A stretch of DNA of 64,000 nt. Source: Dehalococcoidia bacterium. Lineage in GTDB: Bacteria > Chloroflexota > Dehalococcoidia > Lucifugimonadales > Australimonadaceae. The position numbers and the translations under genes are program-made. The number at the start of each line of letters is the position of its first letter. Position 1 is the stretch's first letter. The stretch is taken from positions 6,428-70,427 of the forward strand of contig CBDFLP010000012.1 of the NCBI GenBank assembly GCA_965249325.1, read 5' to 3'. Positions 48,539 to 55,471 of the stretch are shown one piece after another. Under the pieces are notes generated by a model that did no database searches, was not told the origin of the DNA, and saw only the letters and a list, made by a program, of their open reading frames with translations.

Positions 48539-49018
48539 TCAGGGGGCGAGCGAGGGCAAGCTGACGGGGAGCTGCGGCTGATCGGGGTCGAACTCCACCA
48601 GCGCCCAGCCCATAATATGGCCGTCCTTGACTGAGAGGAGGTCCGCCCCGAACGGCAACGGCTCCCAGCCGCCCGCTTTGTCGTTCGCGTTCTCATTCCA
48701 GATGAAGGCACCCCAGAACTCGCTTCCCTCGGGCGCGACGCCCAGGACTTCCTTCACGAAGTGGGCCCGGAACTCTGGGAACCAATCGGCCACGATGTCG
48801 CCCTCCGCCACCTCTTCGAGCAGCTCGTAGCCGTCGATGCCCTTCGGGACGGTGACGTCCCGGAACCACTGCGGCGAGGAGGCGTCGGCCTCGATCAGCA
48901 CGCTGGCGGCGATAGGCCCGGGCGTCGGGTTATTGTCGCTGCAGGCGGCGACGGCGACCGCCGCCGCAATCAGCAAGAGCAAGTAGAGCGCGGAGCGCGT
49001 GACGCTCGCTAGCGCCAT
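48539..49018 (-). CDS. DUF4430-like (transcobalamin beta-domain-like) lipoprotein
   Basis: Start is at MALASVTRSALYLLLLIAAAVAVAACSD (lipobox) inside ORF 48539..49420. ...GYELLEEV....IVADWFPEFRAHFVKEVLGV......FWGAFIWNEN.... follows the DUF4430 layout. It overlaps the upstream membrane gene by 10 nt. Confidence 0.65.
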   Translation of the reverse strand: MALASVTRSALYLLLLIAAAVAVAACSDNNPTPGPIAASVLIEADASSPQWFRDVTVPKGIDGYELLEEVAEGDIVADWFPEFRAHFVKEVLGVAPEGSEFWGAFIWNENANDKAGGWEPLPFGADLLSVKDGHIMGWALVEFDPDQPQLPVSLPSLAP

Positions 49019-49668
49019 CCAGTCCGCTCCCTCGCTCGTTGGGCCCCCTTGACGAACAGAGGGCCGAACACGGTGAAGAGCACGAGGTTTGCGCCGAGGT
49101 GGACGGCCATGAAGAAGAGCGCGCCTGGATTGAAGAGCGCGAGGCCCAGCCAGCGCGCGTATTCGCCGCTCCCCGCGACCGTCGCCCAGTAATAGCCCGT
49201 GTAGACGTTCGTCGCCAGGTCGTATGCCGGCGTGACGAGGAGCGCGGGGAGAAGGAACGCGAGCGAGACCATGCCGGGCCGGAGGGATAGACGCTCGGGG
49301 CTGACGAATCGCCGCACGGCGGCCCCGGCCACCGCGTATAGCGCCTCGGATGCCATCAAGGTCATCAGCAGCTGCGCATGCGCCACGCCCCACGGGTTGA
49401 TCTGTCCATAGACAAGCCACGCGGCGACGGCAACCGTGATCCCCCGTCGCAGGCCAAGCGTGTAGCCCGCCACGAAGACCAGCAGGTCGAAGAGCTTGAC
49501 GTTCGGCAGGGCCGACAGGGCGTAATTAGACGCCAGGATGAGGGCCACGAAAGCGCCTGGAACCGCCGCCTCTCGCAGGATGACGTCCGGGACCAAGGGC
49601 CGGCCCAGGACTCCCTCTCGCATGTTACGGGGGGCGCCCCCGCGCCAAGGCATCTGTGCTTGCTGCAT
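49009..49668 (-). CDS. ECF-transporter S-component-like membrane protein
   Basis: 219 aa with about 6 TM segments. ATG 49668 lies behind GGAGGGAACAA. It is paired with the DUF4430 gene and preceded by a riboswitch-like leader. Confidence 0.55.
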   Translation of the reverse strand: MQQAQMPWRGGAPRNMREGVLGRPLVPDVILREAAVPGAFVALILASNYALSALPNVKLFDLLVFVAGYTLGLRRGITVAVAAWLVYGQINPWGVAHAQLLMTLMASEALYAVAGAAVRRFVSPERLSLRPGMVSLAFLLPALLVTPAYDLATNVYTGYYWATVAGSGEYARWLGLALFNPGALFFMAVHLGANLVLFTVFGPLFVKGAQRARERTGWR

Positions 49669-49699
49669 TTGTTCCCTCCAACAAAAGACCCCCGTTCGT

Positions 49700-49865
49700 T
49701 AGGACAGGGGTTGCGCTCGCTCCTCGTCCCGTGCGTTCGCGGGGTTGGGACTCTTAGCGCTCCGGACCGGGCTCTCCCCCACTCGCGAGGGCCTACCGTT
49801 GCGTGCCAGCGCCGGACTTTGACCGGCTTCACGGATGCCTATTCGGCGCGCGCCAAGGGTCTGTA
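49700..49865 (-). ncRNA. Probable cobalamin riboswitch (leader of the 49668..48539 operon)
   Basis: The minus-strand core AAUAGGCAUCCGUGAAGCCGGUCAAAGUCCGGCGCUGGCACGCAACGGUAGG resembles the conserved B12-riboswitch core (compare E. coli btuB AAUAGGGAAUCCAGUGCGAAUCUGGAGCUGACGCGCAGCGGUAAGG). The B12-box region (GAGCCCGGUCCGGAGCGC) matches only partially. Confidence 0.5.
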
Positions 49866-49937
49866 TTCGGTTAGGGTGACTATAAGCGGCTGCGGGCCTC
49901 TTGGCTAGAGACAGGCTGACGGCGCTATGCTCCATCC

Positions 49938-50468
49938 ATGGACGCAGGCGATTTCATAGTGCTCGACGTCGAGACCGCGGGCGGCTCGATGAACAACTTT
50001 CCGGAAGGCTTTCAGCTGCTGCTCACCGGCACGCGCTGCGACATGTCCTACGGCATGTACACGTCCGACCCCGCGAGCCTGGCGCAGCTCCACGCGCTCC
50101 TCGCGGGCTTCGACGGTCCGGTCGTCACCTTCAACGGGGCGCACTTCGATATCCCGATGCTCGACCGCTGGATGCGCGACGTGCTGGGCGAGCCGGTCTC
50201 CGTGCGGCGGCACTACGATTTGATGGCCGAAATCGTAGTGGCCGCCGGGCGCCGCATCAGCCTGGACCGCCTCTGTCTGTACACCTTCGGCGAGGAGAAG
50301 GTGTAATGGGACCATCGGGAGAACGCTCGCGCCTGGCGACAGGCCCCGCAGCGGCTGATTGACTACAACCGCGTTGACCTCGACCTCACTCACGAGCTAT
50401 TCATGCGCGTGCTGAGGGGAGAGCACCTGTTCCTCGGCGACGCGTCGGTGCGCTTGCGGGCGCCGTGA
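49938..50468 (+). pseudogene. DEDD-type 3'-5' exonuclease (RNase H-like fold) interrupted by in-frame TAA at 50304-50306
   Basis: Exo I is FIVLDVETAG and Exo II is FNGAHFDIPML, both before the stop. An Exo III-like YNRVDLDLTHELF follows after the TAA in the same frame, and the frame ends at TGA 50466-50468. Confidence 0.6.
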
Positions 50469-50529
50469 GCCTGACCGGCTCGCTGCGCTATAGTGGCCCC
50501 GCATCCCGATCGGCCGGAGGGTTCCTCGT

Positions 50530-51519
50530 ATGCCTAAACACGTTGTCCACATCTCGCCCAACCACATGGACCCCGAGTACGCGATTGAGCGGCGGGAGCT
50601 CGGCGACGACGTAGACCTCCGCTCCTGGAGCGCGACGGAGGACGAGGCGCTTGGCCGGGAGCTGCGGGACGCTGAGGCCATAATGACCTGGCGCGTCCCC
50701 TTTCGCGCCCGCGTCATCGAACAGCTCGAATCCTGCCGCCTCATCATCCGTATCGGCGTTGGGTTCGACATCGTGGACATGGACGCGGCGAAGGCTCGCG
50801 GCATCGCGGTCTGCAACGTGCCCGACTACTGCACCGACGAGGTCGCCGACCACACGATCGGCCTGCTGCTGACGATCTCGCGCGGCATCGTCCGCTACAA
50901 CGACAACATGCGCGCGGGGAACGAGCGGTGGGGCTGGTCCGGCGCGGCTCCCCTCTACCGGCTGGCCGGAAAGAGGATTGGGATTATCGGGCTCGGCCGG
51001 ATAGGGACGGCCGTCGCGCGCAGGGCTGCCGCGCTCGGGTTGGACGTCGCTTTCCACGACCCGTACGTTCCCGACGGGACCGACAAGGCGCTTGGCCTGC
51101 GGCGCCTGGAGCTGCCGGAGCTGCTTGCGGGCTCGGACGTCGTCACGTTCCATACGCCGCTGACGGATGAGACGCGAAGGATGGCGAACGCCGACTTCTT
51201 CGCGGCGCTGAAGCCGGGAGCAATCGTGCTCAACACGTCGCGCGGCGCGGTGATCGACGTGGACGCACTGGAAGCCGCGATGCGGGAGGGTAGGGTGGCC
51301 GCCGCGGGTCTGGACGTGCTGCCCGTCGAGCCCCCGTCGCCGGAGCCAGGCCTGATTCGCGCCTGGCGGGCAGGGGAGGAGTGGGTGCGCGACCGCCTGG
51401 TGTACACGCCCCACTCGGCGTTCTACAGCGAGGAGTCGGAGACGGAGATGCGCGTCAAGGCCGCTCGCACGGTGCGCGAGGCGCTCGAGGGGAAGCCCAT
51501 TCGGAACAGGGTGAACTGA
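50530..51519 (+). CDS. D-isomer-specific 2-hydroxyacid dehydrogenase family protein
   Basis: 329 aa with the NAD site GIIGLGRIGTAVARRA, and the catalytic R/E/H context NTSRGAVID ... TPHSAFYS. Confidence 0.9.
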   Translation: MPKHVVHISPNHMDPEYAIERRELGDDVDLRSWSATEDEALGRELRDAEAIMTWRVPFRARVIEQLESCRLIIRIGVGFDIVDMDAAKARGIAVCNVPDYCTDEVADHTIGLLLTISRGIVRYNDNMRAGNERWGWSGAAPLYRLAGKRIGIIGLGRIGTAVARRAAALGLDVAFHDPYVPDGTDKALGLRRLELPELLAGSDVVTFHTPLTDETRRMANADFFAALKPGAIVLNTSRGAVIDVDALEAAMREGRVAAAGLDVLPVEPPSPEPGLIRAWRAGEEWVRDRLVYTPHSAFYSEESETEMRVKAARTVREALEGKPIRNRVN

Positions 51520-51574
51520 GGGCTAAGTCCGCGGCGCCGCCAAGGGCCGGGGTCGCTTTCGCCTGCACTAAGAA

Positions 51575-51606
51575 GCCGCCCCTTCGAAGGTCGAATGGGG
51601 GGCGGC
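51575..51606. terminator. Terminator-like hairpin between convergent genes
   Basis: Stem gccgcccc / ggggcggc with a 16-nt loop, followed by cctttgtgtg. It lies between stops at 51519 (+) and 51639 (-). Confidence 0.5.
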
Positions 51607-51638
51607 CCTTTGTGTGCGTTCCGTGCGCTAAGCAGGGG

Positions 51639-52306
51639 CTACTGCGGGCGTCCGGTCATCCCCCATCCGTAGAGGTCGACGCTGCGCTGGCCTGCCTTGA
51701 GCGAGGCGATGGTGCCGGCTTCTTTCTCCTCGCGGGCGATGGACTTCTCGGTGACCTCGGCGATGCGCGCTTGGGGCACGACCACCACCCCGTCGCGGTC
51801 GCCAACGACGAGATCGCCGGGGAAGACCCAGATCTCGCCGTTGCGGATGGGGATGTTGACGGCGCCGTAGGCGTCGAAGTCCTTGGTGGTGCCGCGCATG
51901 CAGAGTCCGGCGGAAAAGACGGGGATGCCCTGTCCGCTGGCGTGCAGGTCTTCGAGGAGCTGGCCGTCGCGGACGCAACCGTCGATGACGAGGCCGGCCA
52001 TGCCGACCTGCTTGGAGGCGTGCGTCATGATCTCGCCGAGTAGCCGGCCTCGTGGAAGTGGCCGGTGTCGACCACCATCACGTCGCCGGGCTGGGCGTGG
52101 TAGATGCCGCGGTGGAGCCAGAGATTGTCTTTGGGCGGGGAGAGGACGGTGAGGGCGGTCCCGCAGACGTACCAGCTGGGGGAGACGGGCTTGATGTACG
52201 AGGGGAGCGCGCCGATCTGGCCGCCGGCCTCGTGCAGGGTTGCTGTTCCTATGCCTTTCACCGCCTCGATCAGCGCGGTGTCCGGGCGTGTGACTGTCTG
52301 CGTCAT
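51639..52306 (-). pseudogene. RraA-family protein (HMG/CHA aldolase-like), split by a 1-nt frameshift near 52030-52040
   Basis: The N-terminal half (MTQTVTRPD...PGDVMVVDTGHFHEAGY) ends at a premature TGA. The C-terminal half (..EIMTHASKQVGMAGLVIDGCVRD...) continues in another frame (ORF 51639..52028). The combined length, about 222 aa, equals that of the intact paralogue next door. Confidence 0.65.
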
Positions 52307-52314
52307 TGCTTCTC

Positions 52315-52971
52315 CTAGCGCGCGAGCATCTGCTCGTAGTTGATACCCATCACTTCGACGACCGACTTGCCGGCCATCACGTCCGCCGCCATCGCCTGCT
52401 CGCGGGCGACGATATTCTCCGCCTCCGGGACGACCTCGGTCACGCGGTCCTGCGGGACGACGACCACGCCGCTGTTGTCGGCGATGATGTAGTCGCCCGG
52501 CGCGAGGGAGACGCCGCCGATTTCGATGGGCTCGTTCGTCGACTCCTCGACGATGCGGCCCCTCGCCGTCAGGGGGACGGCGGCCCTTGCGAAGAGCGGC
52601 AGCCCGAGGCCCTTGGCCTCGTCCACGTCCCGCGACGCGCCGTCGATGATGACGCCAACGACGCCCTTGGTCTTGGCGGCGGTCGAGAGGATGCCGCCCC
52701 ATCCCGCGACATCGGTCCTGCCCCGGTGGTCGCAGACGATGATGTCGCCGGGGTCGGCGGCTTCGACGGCGGCCGTGCCCAGGTGGCGGACAGTGGTCTC
52801 GTTGCCCTTGGTCTTGAGCTTGAAGGTCACCGCCCTACCGGCGATCCGGCCCGTCTCGTAGAGAGGGAGGATGCCGATGACCGTGCCCTTGATGCCCAGC
52901 TTGTCCTGCGCGTCGGAGACGGCGCAGGAGTCGAGCTTGCCTAGCCGCTCGACCCATTCGTCGACTGCCAT
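52315..52971 (-). CDS. RraA-family protein (4-hydroxy-4-methyl-2-oxoglutarate aldolase / RNase E regulator-like)
   Basis: Start is MAVDEWVERL (ATG 52971 behind GGGAGG) inside ORF 52315..53220. Motifs are PGDIIVCDHRG..DVAGWGGILSTAAKTKGVVGVIIDGASRD. Confidence 0.85.
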   Translation of the reverse strand: MAVDEWVERLGKLDSCAVSDAQDKLGIKGTVIGILPLYETGRIAGRAVTFKLKTKGNETTVRHLGTAAVEAADPGDIIVCDHRGRTDVAGWGGILSTAAKTKGVVGVIIDGASRDVDEAKGLGLPLFARAAVPLTARGRIVEESTNEPIEIGGVSLAPGDYIIADNSGVVVVPQDRVTEVVPEAENIVAREQAMAADVMAGKSVVEVMGINYEQMLAR

Positions 52972-52985
52972 GATTGCCTCCCGGC

Positions 52986-53375
52986 CTAGCCTTCCACGTA
53001 AGCGGTGAACTGGATCTGCAGCTCCATCCCGCCCGCGAGCGCGTCGTACTGGATGGTGTGGCGGGTGGGGCGGCTCTCCTCGTCCGGGAACATGGCGACC
53101 CACTGCTCGTTGATCAGGGGGCGCATGTCGCGGCTCTTCACGTAGACGTTCATGTGCGCGATGTCGTCGGTCGTGCCGCCGGCCTCCGCCACGATGCGCC
53201 GGACGTGCTCGAAGGCCCACTGGGCCTGCTCAGTCAGGTCAGAGGGCATCTCGTTGGTCTCCGGGTTCAGGCCGCTGACGCCTCCGGACGTAACGAGTGG
53301 GCCGGTCTTGGACGCGGGGGGGATGGGCTGTCCGCCGTGCCAGTTGCCCGGGATGTGCAGCACTCTCCTTGCCAT
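52986..53375 (-). CDS. RidA/YjgF/UK114 family protein
   Basis: Start is MARRVLHIPG (ATG 53375) inside ORF 52986..53627. The 129-aa protein shows the RidA pattern ...LVTSGGVSG.....E.P.D...Q...AFEHVRRIV..AGGT.DDI...... Confidence 0.8.
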   Translation of the reverse strand: MARRVLHIPGNWHGGQPIPPASKTGPLVTSGGVSGLNPETNEMPSDLTEQAQWAFEHVRRIVAEAGGTTDDIAHMNVYVKSRDMRPLINEQWVAMFPDEESRPTRHTIQYDALAGGMELQIQFTAYVEG

Positions 53376-53542
53376 GGACTCACCTCTAGAAGGGGATATT
53401 GGATGCAGTTGAGTATCGCCCGCGCCTCGGAAGTCCGCAAGCGCGGGGGCCCGTCCGTCTACCTTCCGTAATACCCGCCCACCTCCCGTCATACCCGCGC
53501 AGGCGGGTATCCAGGTACCGGCCTCCCTCCCCCAGCGCCGCC

Positions 53543-53617
53543 CCAATAGGTTCGTGGTGGCTGCCAACGGGTTTGTGGTCGCTGCCAATAGGTTCGTGGT
53601 GAGCCTGTCGAACCACG
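53543..53617. repeat. 21-bp tandem repeat (about 3 units) ending in a hairpin
   Basis: Units are ccaataggttcgtggtggctg, ccaacgggtttgtggtcgctg and ccaataggttcgtggtgagcctg. The last unit forms cgtggtgagcctgtcgaaccacg. A related gttcgacaggctcaccacgaa occurs at 62481-62501. Confidence 0.7.
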
Positions 53618-54145
53618 CCGCCCGCAATCAACGTTCTCCTCCCCTTCCGCTCTAGGTCCCCCCGTCTGCGACGCATGATGCCCGGTGAGGCCGGAATCGG
53701 CTCCGGCCCGGCGCATCGCACGACCGTTGGGGCTTGCTTTGTCCGAAGATGCCTCCGCCATCTCACTCGTAACGTTCCCCGGCCTACGAGTGCGCGAGGG
53801 CTGCCTCTCGAAAAAAGCGTGCCATTTCGTGCCATTAAGTGCCATTTACTCCTGGCGGATCCTTCCCTAGCCCCTCCTTGGTAAGGAGGGGAACAGGGCC
53901 TAAACCAGTGTCGCGTAACCAGTGTAGGGAGAGCAGGGGTGTTCGGGGATGGGGCAAATGTCAGTCTTGCGCCGCTTCAGCAATGTTGTGTCACGCGTCG
54001 TCTGCGGAGGGGGAGCTAGGGAAGGGGAGCCAAAGAGAGAGGAGAGGGACATGGGACTCCCGCCGCCTGGATGCCCAGGCTGGTTAGGCGTGGCGACGTG
54101 AGGAGGTGATACTGTGAGCAATGGATCGGATCAGGGGGACAAGCG

Positions 54146-54547
54146 ATGGCGCGCAAGAAGCGGGTGTTTATCAGTTTCGATTACGCTGACCGGGGCCTGA
54201 AGAACGACTTTGTCTGTCAGTCGGAGCAGCGTGATGTCCAAATTGCCATCACCGACGCATCGCTAGTCGAAGCGGAACCGGAGTCCCAGTGGGTCGCAGA
54301 AACCAATCGCCGAATCCAGAGTTGCGACGTGTTCATGGTTATCATGGGTCCGAACGCCCACCAAGCTCCCGGTGTGCTTCGTGAAGTAAGCATTGCCGTA
54401 GGGTTGAACAAGCCTCGGTTCCAGCTCAAGCCAAAGCGCAGGTACGGGTCTCCTGTGAAGAACGCAGGGGCAATAGTGCGGTGGCCGTGGAAGACACTGG
54501 AACCGTGGTTCACCATAGACTCCGGTCGAGCGGGCTGGCAGGCGTAG
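54146..54547 (+). CDS. TIR-like domain protein (DUF1863/MTH538-like)
   Basis: 133 aa. MARKKRVFISFDYADR..., then W....N.RI..CDVFMVIMGPNAHQAPGVLREVSIAV follows the TIR-like layout. The gene is lower in GC than its neighbours. Confidence 0.7.
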   Translation: MARKKRVFISFDYADRGLKNDFVCQSEQRDVQIAITDASLVEAEPESQWVAETNRRIQSCDVFMVIMGPNAHQAPGVLREVSIAVGLNKPRFQLKPKRRYGSPVKNAGAIVRWPWKTLEPWFTIDSGRAGWQA

Positions 54548-54548
54548 C

Positions 54549-54965
54549 GTGGACAAGGAAGCCGCCAGGATTGAGCACCTGAAGCTGATTCAGCAGGTAA
54601 TCGAACGTCTCGCTAGGAGTTCGTTCGTGATCAAAACTGCTGCGTCAACGGTTACCGCAGCCATCGTGGCAGCGACGGTCGCGGCTTCAACTCCGGCAAT
54701 CGGTTTGGGGGGCGTGGCGTTGCTTAGCCTATGGGGGCTCGATGCCTTCTACCTGCCGAGGGAACGTCGATTCCGGGCCCTCTTCAACCAAGTGCGCACA
54801 GGGGCGGCCTCAGAGTTCAGCACCAAATCCTACTTCACGATGACAACCCACCCTGGCCCGTCCGGGAGTGTATGGAGAGCAGCTTGCTCATCGACGCTGG
54901 TGACTCTCTACCCGTCTCTTCTTCTGGTAATCGGGGCACTGGCCGCAGCAACGGAGGTTGCCTAG
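54549..54965 (+). CDS. Small membrane protein (about 3 hydrophobic helices), candidate effector partner of the TIR-like protein
   Basis: GTG 54549 lies 1 nt after the TIR gene stop. It has an N-terminal amphipathic helix (EHLKLIQQVIERLARSSF), two adjacent hydrophobic segments and a C-terminal hydrophobic segment. Confidence 0.6.
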   Translation: MDKEAARIEHLKLIQQVIERLARSSFVIKTAASTVTAAIVAATVAASTPAIGLGGVALLSLWGLDAFYLPRERRFRALFNQVRTGAASEFSTKSYFTMTTHPGPSGSVWRAACSSTLVTLYPSLLLVIGALAAATEVA

Positions 54966-55357
54966 CACCCCCTCGCCCGAAATCCGCCACGGAGCCGCGT
55001 TGAGGGGAGCTTCCTGAGCGTCTCGTTGTGCGGGTCCACCTCGATGCCTATGGACTCCAGAACAGTCAGGCCCAGCAGCGGCTCGGCGTCCTCCTCTGCG
55101 AATACGATGTTCGCAGCAGTAACCTCCCCCATGAGTTCCACCTGAGCGACTGCAATCTCCCTCCTCACCTCGCTGCCGTCGGCGAGGCCGTACACGCGTG
55201 CTCCCTTGGGCGCGAGGCCGATTGCCTCCAGGTATTGCCTGGGCGCGAGACAGTCCATTGCTCCCGTGTCGACCAGAAACAGGCCCTCCCAGGTTTTCTC
55301 GGGGTCGGCGGGGTTTCGGACGGTAACGGTTACGTGTGTTGCTCCTATTGTCGCATC
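54962..55357 (-). CDS. Retropepsin-like (clan AA) aspartic protease; start codon unclear
   Basis: The listed ORF starts at MDCLAP (55258), but the frame is open upstream through the catalytic LFLVDTGAM to a TGA near 55440. There is no ATG/GTG/TTG in that stretch, so the 5' end is approximate. The stop shares the CTAG tetranucleotide with the convergent TM gene stop. Confidence 0.55.
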   Translation of the reverse strand, partial: DATIGATHVTVTVRNPADPEKTWEGLFLVDTGAMDCLAPRQYLEAIGLAPKGARVYGLADGSEVRREIAVAQVELMGEVTAANIVFAEEDAEPLLGLTVLESIGIEVDPHNETLRKLPSTRLRGGFRARGC

Positions 55358-55471
55358 CTCTCGTGGCGCCCAGCGTCCTAGGAACGTGCCTACGCGTCCA
55401 ATGTAGGTTTGGCCTGCGTACGTGTCAATCAGACATTGTCACGGACGACCTGCGCAGCCTCATCCCACTCC

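Noticed and set aside
38872-50306. Stop-codon reassignment or programmed read-through of TAA, since two genes carry an in-frame TAA (38872, 50304).
   Set aside because: TAA ends other well-defined genes at the expected position (for example the VOC gene at 2529-2531). Two isolated cases among accessory genes are more simply nonsense mutations or errors.
52986-53627. The longer 213-aa version of the RidA ORF, and ORFs 53386..53835 and 53489..53845.
   Set aside because: The N-terminal extensions translate the REP/tandem-repeat DNA (LAATTNPLAATTNLL...). The RidA domain starts at ATG 53375, where an RBS-like sequence is present.
54101-54200. A strong AGGAGG (54101-54106) followed by GTG 54114 opens a short out-of-frame uORF of roughly 29 codons that overlaps the TIR gene start. 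It could be a leader peptide.
   Set aside because: Support is purely positional. There is no conservation evidence and the peptide has no features. The TIR gene has its own ATG 54146 with a G-rich stretch upstream. It is left as a remark only.
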